Source: an uncultured Verrucomicrobiota bacterium (GTDB lineage Bacteria; Verrucomicrobiota; Verrucomicrobiia; Limisphaerales; AAA164-E04). From it: 64,000 nt of DNA. This document shows positions 1 through 7,767 of this stretch, one piece after another. The stretch covers positions 2,350-66,349 of the forward strand of contig CAJXVR010000002.1 in NCBI GenBank assembly GCA_913061285.1. Reading direction: 5' to 3'. Below the pieces are notes generated by a model, which saw nothing but the letters and a program-made list of their open reading frames with translations, made no database searches and was not told where the DNA came from. Within the stretch, counting starts at the first letter, position 1. Each line of letters starts with the position of its first letter. The position numbers and the translations under genes are program-made.

Positions 1-816
1 CATCCGCTCGGCAAATGGCGCTCCTTCCATCCTTACGGTAGCCGCTTGCATCTCAAGGGTTTTTCGCAACACAGCCTTCTGTTCCAAGGTCAAGTCATCA
101 GGGAGATCCATTCCCAACAGTTGACCGTCAACGGTCGAATCAATCCAATTGGCATCGCTCCGTGTCATGGTTTCCATAAACTGATCAACGTTCAGCATCC
201 AAGTAGCCGTAGCCACACGCATCTCCTCATCAGGAATATTTTCCAACAACTGAAGCCGAACTTCCTCCCAATCCACCTCCACTTCATTCTCAACAGAAGG
301 CACTTCGGCGACGTCATGGAGGCCGGCAATCGCCTCCTGCATTTGAGTCACAACCTCCTCAGGCAACTCAAACACCCTCGGGCCTGGCTGAGGAGGTTCT
401 ATTTGGTCCATCGGGGGAACAGACAGATCCTTTCCATCAACATCGCTAGCTGAATTCGGACTCTCAACCGACTGAGGCTCCCTCCCGAATTCATTAAGAC
501 TATTTTTATCACTGGGAAGCAAGCCGTCATTTACCATTGTCGATTTACCGGGAGGAAAAATATTGGACACTAGAGATGTCACCAAAAAAGCAATAATGCC
601 AGCAGGCAACATGAGCATCGCTGCTGATTTATCTGACACGTCAGGTTCTTCGTACCAATCCAGAGCCTTGAAAACAGGTCGAATCAAAAGCATCGATGAA
701 AGCGACAGCAACGTCATCAGACCAAAGAACTTGTAGTATGGCTCTGTAAAGTCATACCGAATCAAGAACCCGAGCCATAGAAGTACAACCGTATTGCAAG
801 CAAGTGTTCTCTTCAT
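1..816 (-). CDS. hypothetical membrane protein with long acidic region; C-terminus lies beyond the window edge
   Basis: Absent from the ORF track because it runs off the window. I checked every plus-strand triplet from position 1 to 816 and found no tta/cta/tca, so the minus frame is open for 272 codons. ATG at 816-814, in-frame stop upstream at 831-829. N-terminus MKRTLACNTVVLLWLGFLIRYDF... has 2-3 hydrophobic segments and the rest is D/E-rich. No family recognised. Confidence 0.5.
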   Translation of the reverse strand, partial: MKRTLACNTVVLLWLGFLIRYDFTEPYYKFFGLMTLLSLSSMLLIRPVFKALDWYEEPDVSDKSAAMLMLPAGIIAFLVTSLVSNIFPPGKSTMVNDGLLPSDKNSLNEFGREPQSVESPNSASDVDGKDLSVPPMDQIEPPQPGPRVFELPEEVVTQMQEAIAGLHDVAEVPSVENEVEVDWEEVRLQLLENIPDEEMRVATATWMLNVDQFMETMTRSDANWIDSTVDGQLLGMDLPDDLTLEQKAVLRKTLEMQAATVRMEGAPFAERM

Positions 817-839
817 GACGGTGTTTTTTTAAATCTTAT

Positions 840-1502
840 TCAGTCTGACGAACAGTCGTGCGAGCCGCTAGCTGAATTCACAGAATTCCGAATCCATTCG
901 AGACTCCGATACATATTATCCCATTCATTACCAACACTTGCCGCCCAGGCTCGAGCACAATCATCAATCTCGGTAGTGCCATCTGCATACTTTGTCGCCC
1001 AACAGAAAGTCCACCCCGTTGCCGCGCCCGCCAGCACTCTCCAAGGAATCTGAACCTTAACTTTCGTAAGATTCCAGTTTTTCTCCTCTTTTGCAGCCCC
1101 AAGCAATCCAGCGGCTCCCCCACCAGCCCCCACTCCAGCAGCTTGCCCGCAAGACTCAACGATCCCTGCAACACAATTCCAATACTGTTCCTCATATGAA
1201 CACAAATAGGAATAGTGTGTGTCATAGGCAGAAACCTCACAATTCTTCACCCCGCTTGTCCGATGGTTATTCTTGCATCCAGAAATAGTCGTCGAAGGCA
1301 TTACCATAAAGTAGGGAAAGGAAGACATGAATACCATATGCGAACTGACTGTCGTCGGACTGCAGTTGCACCCTGCACTTTGCGCACCGTGCACTGCATT
1401 AGAAGCATCAACATCCATCACCGACGCCCACATGACGAGCATAATCGAACCAACCCACGCACAAGCACCCTTACTCCTTTGCACACTCAACTCCATTTTC
1501 AT
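840..1502 (-). CDS. hypothetical Cys-rich secreted protein
   Basis: ORF 840..1562. Likely start at MKMELSVQRSKGACAWVGSIMLVMWASVMDVDA (signal-peptide-like), but starts at 1544 or 1562 are possible. About 10 Cys in the mature part, plus a Gly/Ala-rich stretch GQAAGVGAGGGAAGLLGAA. Lies 23 bp upstream of the next minus-strand ORF. No family recognised. Confidence 0.5.
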   Translation of the reverse strand: MKMELSVQRSKGACAWVGSIMLVMWASVMDVDASNAVHGAQSAGCNCSPTTVSSHMVFMSSFPYFMVMPSTTISGCKNNHRTSGVKNCEVSAYDTHYSYLCSYEEQYWNCVAGIVESCGQAAGVGAGGGAAGLLGAAKEEKNWNLTKVKVQIPWRVLAGAATGWTFCWATKYADGTTEIDDCARAWAASVGNEWDNMYRSLEWIRNSVNSASGSHDCSSD

Positions 1503-1695
1503 TTTTGATTTCCAATTCCTTGCATTCATAGATTTTTCTTTCATCTTTACTAAACTCAACACCCCCCCTGATGTTTCCGTTAAATAATAACCGAACTACT
1601 CTTCTAGCACCTGCAGCAGCCCCAACTAAACCACCTTGGTTCCAACGCCCCTCATTGAATGCGCTCAAAATCACGAAAGGCAAGAACAATCCCAA
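1471..1695 (-). CDS. possible small membrane ORF (hydrophobic helix plus Gly/Ala-rich segment), TTG start only
   Basis: 74-codon ORF with no ATG. Overlaps the 5' end of the 840..1562 ORF in another frame; the two frames meet at a G7 run (1562-1568). Weak coding evidence. Confidence 0.2.
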   Translation of the reverse strand: MGLFLPFVILSAFNEGRWNQGGLVGAAAGARRVVRLLFNGNIRGGVEFSKDERKIYECKELEIKNENGVECAKE

Positions 1696-2098
1696 TAAAA
1701 GAAGTATCTATATCATTTTATACGACACAACTACTACTAACACGTCTAAACCAATGAAACCACGACACTTCCCTGAAGCCCACAACCAGAACCCTCAAGA
1801 AAAAACAGAAGAAAGAAGTAATAAGAAATCCATTATTCAACATGAGAGTGTTCGAAAAAGCCTCAGTGCAGTCAATCACAGATAGCGGCCAAAACATCCA
1901 AAGCCAAAAAGCGTGAAGCGTGTCCTTCGAATCGCGTGGCGATGGCCCGTTTTTCTTCTAGGACAGGGACAGGCTAACAAACACCAATCCCAGCCTCAGG
2001 CCCGGGTTAAAAGTCGACAAAAGTGGGTTCAGGCCCGACTGCAAACCCAAACTGAACTTAAGCTCCGCTCTCAACCAGGCACCTTAAGACTCCTAGCC

Positions 2099-2194
2099 CT
2101 ATCAAAACTTCGCCTAGAATTGGGAGCCTGTCCCTTATCCCATCGCTATCAAAACTTCGCCTAGAATTAGGAGCCTGTCCCTTATCCCATCGCT
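2099..2194. repeat. tandem direct repeat, 2 x 47 bp, one mismatch
   Basis: 2101-2147 atcaaaacttcgcctagaattgggagcctgtcccttatcccatcgct is repeated at 2148-2194 with a single g/a difference (2122 vs 2169). The shared ct at 2099-2100 extends the phase. Confidence 0.95.
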
Positions 2195-2386
2195 TACTTT
2201 GACAAGGAACTAGGACGCGGCATGCCTATCACGGAATACAGCGACAAGAACAAACTCTCCGCTGCAGAACGACTTAAATTGTTCATTCCAGTTTGCCATG
2301 CAATCCTGCACGCTCACCAAAAAGGAATCGCCCATCGGAATATCAAGCCCTCGAAAGTCATGATTTCATTGAACCCCGAAGGATCA
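2171..2386 (+). pseudogene. Ser/Thr protein kinase fragment (hinge to catalytic loop only)
   Basis: Translation ...[56 protein letters not shown] matches Hanks kinase subdomains V-VIb (HRDxKPxN-type loop). There is no N-lobe upstream (in-frame stops at 2115 and 2168) and no DFG or activation segment downstream. Confidence 0.55.
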
Positions 2387-2387
2387 C

Positions 2388-2936
2388 GACATCACCAAGG
2401 CGCTCAACGCGCTTGACTTCGACGCTCCCAATGCGCCGGAAGAACTGATTTCCTTGGTCTACGATGAATTGCGACGATTGGCCTCCCACAAAATGGCAAA
2501 GGAAAAGGCAGGGCAAACACTTCAAGCCACAGCCTTGGTTCACGAGGCCTGACTCCGTTTGGGTGGCGATCAACAACCGGTGTGGGAGAACCGCGCTCAC
2601 TTCTTCGGTGCCGCCGGCGAAGCGATGCGGCGTATTCTGATTGATCGTGCGAGAAAGAGGCAGGTAAGGAAAGCATCGGGACTCTCCGATCCCGAGGCCT
2701 TGCAGGAATCTCAGATCGAATGCTGCGCGCCTGATTCAGAGCTGATCAGCTTGAATGAGGCCTTGGGGCGTCTTGAAACCGTGGATGGCCAGGCCGCCCA
2801 ATTGGTGAAGCTGCGTTATTTCATTGGCATGACCGTCGCCGATGCCGCCGGAGCCCTTGGAATGTCTCAGCGCCAGGCCGAACGACTCTGGACCTTCGCG
2901 AAAGCCTGGCTACGCAATGCGATTCGAGCCGACTGA
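2388..2936 (+). pseudogene. ECF sigma-70 factor (kinase-associated PVC type), disrupted
   Basis: Frame-0 translation [90 protein letters not shown]...LVKLRYFIGMTVADAAGALGMSQRQAERLWTFAKAWL is a full-length ECF sigma. It has an in-frame TGA at 2550-2552, where this family usually has W or Y, and no start codon in frame. The nearest ATG (2360) is in the kinase-fragment frame. Confidence 0.7.
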
Positions 2937-3009
2937 AGCCTCATCAAGAAAACGCCATATTGATCCTATCGAAGGATTCACGAAGGAACGGTTGCTATCT
3001 TCGCATCCG

Positions 3010-5241
3010 TCAGTAACGACATTGGATTACCTCATGGATATCTTCAACCGTCACCTGGACTCGCCTCTCCTGAGTCGTTACTTCCGTCGCAGGGTTTAAC
3101 GCCGTCACGCTTCGAATCTCATCGCTAAATTCAAGTCGGACGCGAAAGATTGGGGTATCCTCAATCAAGCCTGGCAGGACAAAAGGCCGATTCTTAACCG
3201 GTGTGGTCTGCGGTGTCGGGTTGTAGGCGATCAGATGAATCCGCAGCAATCGTTCTTTCGGATCATCGGTGATCACAGCTTCGACGTTAGCCGGGCCAGT
3301 AACACGAACACGCGGATGGGGAATGAGAAATCGGACCGCGTTGGCAAACAGTTTACGCGCTTCAACGATGTGATGCTCTCCAGCACTTGCCTGATCTGGG
3401 GAACCGGCGAAGGTCAAAACCTGCCCCTTTCCAATCTGATTGACTAACACCGCGGGCCCCACGACTTGCCGGGCACTGAGAGGCCATTCCTTATTATAGG
3501 CCTCCGGTTTGGCAAGCGAAGCCCGATGCGAATCAAGCAGCTCCCCAATGGGTTCAGCGGTGACAGGCTCGTAGACCACCGCCGGCCCTCGCACCAAGAA
3601 AGGCCAATCAAAGGGAATCCCGGACGTGAGTTCACGGTAAGACTGCTCACGAGAGGAAGATTCTTGAAAGCGCAGCCAGTTATCCGTTCCCTCAACCTTC
3701 CTAACGGCCCTCGCACCAATGAGGGGTTGAAGCGAAGACGCTTCCAGAGGGCGCCCCATATGACCGAAAAAACCCGCATGCCCTGTCACGACCAGACGCC
3801 CTCCCGCTTCAACATATTGGCGGAAAAGATCCACCTCATGTTCTAATAAGATCCCTGCGTGAGGCAGGCAAACCACAGGGAAGGATTGTAGCCGTTCGAG
3901 AGTCACATTTTCGTCAAAAACAAAACCGAATCCAAGATGCTCATACACGCAGGCCTTATGTGCCCCTTGAACGCTCTGAAAATACCTAGACGCTTGATCC
4001 CTACCAATCCAATCGCGCGTGCGAGCGCTAAAATAAATCCCCACGTCACTGACCGGCTGCTGACCAAAATGAGCGCGTTTGCGCCGGGCTTCTCCCAAGA
4101 GGGCCCCGATCCGATCATAGGCAACAGGGTCGAGCCAACCGTCATAGGCGGTCTTGTCGATCATGGTCACAAAGGCGCCGTGTGCCAACAGGGTAAACAT
4201 CTCCCAGCGCATGTCGTTTAGCGGACGCGTTGTTTGGTCGTGATACATCCGCACGCCGCGCTGAACCGCCACTTGAAATGGCTTCCCGGGTGTCGCCGCA
4301 CGATACCAAGCCGCATTGAAACTTGCCGTGAGCGCACCGAAGGCCCATAAGCCAGCTTCTCCGGTCACAAAATCTCCATTGTTCGCATGCCGGACAGGTG
4401 TCTGACCAATCTCCCAGGAAAAGGGTGGATTGCCGTGGTAATTGAAATCCACGGTCGCCTTCGGGTTAATGCTACGAACATGATCGGTCAGCCGCTTCTC
4501 GAAGCGATCGCTGGTCGAGTAGCGAAACTGAAGGAACCGCTCCCAGTCTTCGCTCTTCCAATCAAGCTCCTTGGGCATCGAGCGTCCATAGTCGGATTGA
4601 AATCGCTTTTGGCAGTGATCGCACCAACAACCGACGGGAGGCCCGAATCCTTGATCAACCATATCGAGGTGAAAACCGTCGATACCGTAGGCCAACATTT
4701 CAGCAAGCAACGCTTCGACCCGATCTCCGTATGGGGAATTAAAGCAAACGAGGTGATCGATCGTATTGCCGTCAGATCGGCGAACTTTCCAATCCGGGTT
4801 CTGCCTCAATTCAAAGGCAGGATACTGAAGTTGGCAGTAAGCGATAATGGGCACCCCTAGTTTTCGGCCTTCGTCAACAGCCTCGCGCAGCACGTCACGA
4901 TCTCCCTGACCAGGGGGACGGGGAAGAAACTTGGAATTGTGAAACGTGAACTCACCGTCTCGTACCCACAACACGAGATACTCCGCATTCGCTTCGGCGC
5001 ATCGACGAACGATCTCGCGACCATTGAACTTGGCGGCATAGTCTAAGGCGGGTTTACCGTCGACAAATTGCGCTCCGGTCGGCCCGACCTCCATGCCAAC
5101 TAGAGCTTTGGAAAACCAAGGCACTGAAGCGGCGTTCACAGAGGTCGAGCAAGAAAAAATCCACACGACGACCAAGAGCAGTGACGGAGGTTGCCGGAAC
5201 GCTCTCAGGCATCGAGATATCAGATTTCGAATTAGGCTCAT
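3010..5241 (-). CDS. secreted glycoside hydrolase-like protein (GHL6 / GH42-type TIM barrel with beta-galactosidase trimerisation-like domain)
   Basis: 743-aa ORF with N-terminal signal peptide (LLLVVVWIFSCSTSVNA). Motifs VCFNSPY and GIDGFHLDM, and a Cys cluster CWCDHC, as seen in GHL6/GH42-like proteins. Family call is by recollection only. Confidence 0.75.
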   Translation of the reverse strand: MSLIRNLISRCLRAFRQPPSLLLVVVWIFSCSTSVNAASVPWFSKALVGMEVGPTGAQFVDGKPALDYAAKFNGREIVRRCAEANAEYLVLWVRDGEFTFHNSKFLPRPPGQGDRDVLREAVDEGRKLGVPIIAYCQLQYPAFELRQNPDWKVRRSDGNTIDHLVCFNSPYGDRVEALLAEMLAYGIDGFHLDMVDQGFGPPVGCWCDHCQKRFQSDYGRSMPKELDWKSEDWERFLQFRYSTSDRFEKRLTDHVRSINPKATVDFNYHGNPPFSWEIGQTPVRHANNGDFVTGEAGLWAFGALTASFNAAWYRAATPGKPFQVAVQRGVRMYHDQTTRPLNDMRWEMFTLLAHGAFVTMIDKTAYDGWLDPVAYDRIGALLGEARRKRAHFGQQPVSDVGIYFSARTRDWIGRDQASRYFQSVQGAHKACVYEHLGFGFVFDENVTLERLQSFPVVCLPHAGILLEHEVDLFRQYVEAGGRLVVTGHAGFFGHMGRPLEASSLQPLIGARAVRKVEGTDNWLRFQESSSREQSYRELTSGIPFDWPFLVRGPAVVYEPVTAEPIGELLDSHRASLAKPEAYNKEWPLSARQVVGPAVLVNQIGKGQVLTFAGSPDQASAGEHHIVEARKLFANAVRFLIPHPRVRVTGPANVEAVITDDPKERLLRIHLIAYNPTPQTTPVKNRPFVLPGLIEDTPIFRVRLEFSDEIRSVTALNPATEVTTQERRVQVTVEDIHEVIQCRY

Positions 5242-5361
5242 GGGAGGAAACTCTTACCTTCGAGTCTCTTGATCGTCAAAACGGAATTCGATCAAAAAGA
5301 AGCCATACTCAAAAGAATCCGACCGAGGAACCGAAGCCCGGTGTCTTAGACCGTCTCAGTC

Positions 5362-6831
5362 CTATCGATGCTGTTGAAGGTAACGAATCAGAGCCTGTCG
5401 ATCTTCAGCATTGAGTAATCCTTGGAATTCCATCTTCGTGCCTGGAGCAAAACGCTTAGGGGCGGCGAGAAATTGATCCATCTTCTCTGGCGTCCACCTA
5501 CCGCTTCCTCCTCCCTGTCTTAGAAGAGATTGCGAGTAGTCGAAGCCAAGCGAGGAGGCAATCGGGCGATCGAAGATGCCATCCAGCGTGGGACCAAGCA
5601 TGTGAGAGCGATGTTGACCAGCGGCGCCGTGGCAACCCGCACAAAGGATGGCGAGTTGCGCCCCTCGTTGGTCAAGGCTTAGCGATTCCACCTGAGTTCG
5701 ATCGATAACATAGTCGCCACGAAGCTGCATCATTTGAGACGTTTGTGCGTCGCTCATCGTTTCTCGAATCCTGCGATAAGCCGTCGCCTCGATGCTACCA
5801 GCCTCGAGCTCGTAGGCCCCCATCGCCACAGCAATATCGATCGCCCTCTTGGAATTGAAACCACCTGATTTCGCTCTTAGCGAGGCAAGTTGCTCAAGAA
5901 ATTCATGCCGTTTTTCGAGAAAACGTCGAACCACCGGCATCTGCGCAGCGATCGCCTTGTTAATCTCGCTTCGCTGTTCGGAGTTGAGTATGGCGAGGAA
6001 CGATCTAGCGATTCGCCCTCGACTCGCGGCGTGCCCGCTCTTATGTCGGATCGAGACAAACCCGAAGAATTGAGCCGGTTGTCCTAGAGGAATGATCTCA
6101 TTATCCTCAGGCCTGCCTGTAAACCAAGAGAAGGCCTTGGCAAAAAGATTCTCCACCTGTTTGATCTGATCACGATTAAGCCCAGGTACTGTGACACGAT
6201 TCTGTCGCCGCTCGTGCCCCGCGGTTTCCGGATTCTCACGCCAGGTGCTAATTTGAGCCCATTGAGCCCTCGTTAGGGAATCTTCCAAAGCCGCGAACGC
6301 ACGTGCCTCTGTAATGGCAACACGTGCTCCAAGCGTTGAAAACTGCCCCCCAAGGTTCGCCACTTCGGCATCATCAATAGGTATCCCCGTGTAAAGATGG
6401 TGCTCGAACAGTCGTAAGATTCGTTTCCTGGTTTCCCACCATTCTTTTAGTGGTTTCTCTTCTGCAAGAACGGCATTGGCAAGGAGGTTACGTTGACTTG
6501 AGTTTGCAATCGCGAAAAAAGCCCTCCCCAGGGTTCCGCGATTTGCCGCTCGATCACTCAAATAGCGGAGTGCAACAAAGCCAAAGAACTGCGAATTCTT
6601 TCCAATAGATAGTTTTTCATTGTCTGCAGGTGATCCGCTCAACCAAGCGAATCCTTTCGACGCGAGCGCGGACTGCAAATCTTTGCTCGAACGACTGCCG
6701 CTGTATTCGCCTGCCGCCCATGCCTGACGCTCTAGCTGCTTCCGAACCCTGCCCTGCGCATTGGTAGGTTCCGAATAAAGGATTGAAATCACGACGACCG
6801 TGTGAAGTAAGGTTGCAGAGAGATGTTTCAT
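5362..6831 (-). CDS. periplasmic protein: two ~150-aa internal repeats plus C-terminal class I cytochrome c domain
   Basis: Signal peptide; single CAGCH heme site (aa 397-401) followed by LGPTLDGIF...PGTKMEFQGL (Met ligand region). Aa ~52-200 and ~224-375 align with each other (F.W..G.P.DNE...G...QFFGFV..R..S..A..RG...R.F.AI.NS.QR). Confidence 0.85.
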   Translation of the reverse strand: MKHLSATLLHTVVVISILYSEPTNAQGRVRKQLERQAWAAGEYSGSRSSKDLQSALASKGFAWLSGSPADNEKLSIGKNSQFFGFVALRYLSDRAANRGTLGRAFFAIANSSQRNLLANAVLAEEKPLKEWWETRKRILRLFEHHLYTGIPIDDAEVANLGGQFSTLGARVAITEARAFAALEDSLTRAQWAQISTWRENPETAGHERRQNRVTVPGLNRDQIKQVENLFAKAFSWFTGRPEDNEIIPLGQPAQFFGFVSIRHKSGHAASRGRIARSFLAILNSEQRSEINKAIAAQMPVVRRFLEKRHEFLEQLASLRAKSGGFNSKRAIDIAVAMGAYELEAGSIEATAYRRIRETMSDAQTSQMMQLRGDYVIDRTQVESLSLDQRGAQLAILCAGCHGAAGQHRSHMLGPTLDGIFDRPIASSLGFDYSQSLLRQGGGSGRWTPEKMDQFLAAPKRFAPGTKMEFQGLLNAEDRQALIRYLQQHR

Positions 6832-7075
6832 TGTTTAGTCGGCTTAAGTGTTGAGTAAAATAAGTTCGGGTTCAGCTATCGATCTTTCGAATCACGCAGT
6901 TCACCAGGGGGCCAGGCGAAAGTATTCTAAAGACTTCGGAAGCGTATCGGATATCGTAGTCACCCCAGCATCGTCACTGCCGTGAGTTAAAGACAGACAC
7001 GCAGACACATTAATTTTTGTTAAGAAAACCGTTTTTTATGTCGTGAGTGTCCAGGATAGCGTTTCTTAGATCCCA

Positions 7076-7750
7076 GTGAAGATACTAGTCGTCGAAGATG
7101 ATCCAAAACTTTCTACGCTTATACAGCAGGGACTGGAAGCCGATGGGTTCATTGTCGATCTATGCCGAAACGGAGACGACGGCTTCGTTTTAGCAACAAC
7201 AAGGGAGTATGATGCATTGGTCTTGGACATCATGTTGCCGGGTCGTGATGGATTGAGCATTCTCCGAACGATAAGGGAAGAAAACATTGCCACGCCAGTG
7301 ATCGTACTCACCGCCCGAAGCAGCTTGAATGAGCGACTGGATGGCCTGCGATTAGGGGCCGATGACTATATGACCAAGCCCTTCTACGTAGAGGAGCTTG
7401 CCGCCCGTCTGAGTGTCGTCACCCGCCGTGTCAATGGAGATGGAAAGTCCCTTTTATCGAATGGCGCCGTTTCACTGAACTTGATCAGTCGCGAGGTGCG
7501 CGTTGCTGATCGCTGCATTGACTTAACTGCGAGGGAGTTTGCACTCCTATCCTATTTGATGCGATCACCGGGCAGAGTTTTTTCCCGGGCACAGATCTGC
7601 GAACACGTCTGGAACTACCAGATCGATATCGGAACCAATATCATCGACGTGTACATTCAAAAGTTGCGAAAAAAACTCGGCCAGGAACCTGAAGCTCAAA
7701 TCATTGAGACAATCCGAGGAGTCGGTTACCGCACGAAGCCACTCAGCTAG
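7076..7750 (+). CDS. OmpR-family response regulator (CusR/CopR/CpxR-like)
   Basis: GTG start. MKILVVEDDPKL...D52-type receiver, C-terminal winged helix (IETIRGVGYR). Confidence 0.95.
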   Translation: MKILVVEDDPKLSTLIQQGLEADGFIVDLCRNGDDGFVLATTREYDALVLDIMLPGRDGLSILRTIREENIATPVIVLTARSSLNERLDGLRLGADDYMTKPFYVEELAARLSVVTRRVNGDGKSLLSNGAVSLNLISREVRVADRCIDLTAREFALLSYLMRSPGRVFSRAQICEHVWNYQIDIGTNIIDVYIQKLRKKLGQEPEAQIIETIRGVGYRTKPLS

Positions 7751-7767
7751 AATACGCACTCGCCAAC

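Noticed and set aside
46-453. 135-aa plus-strand ORF at the left edge
   Set aside because: It is His/Leu/Arg-rich with no motifs and lies entirely antisense to a 272-codon stop-free minus-strand frame that has plausible TM helices and its own ATG. I treat it as a shadow ORF.
2550-2552. In-frame TGA in the ECF sigma as selenocysteine, Trp recoding or an alternative genetic code
   Set aside because: TGA terminates clearly conserved genes elsewhere in the window (napA and the ECF sigma at 15034). No SECIS-like context is apparent, and the gene also lacks a start codon, so decay is the economical explanation.
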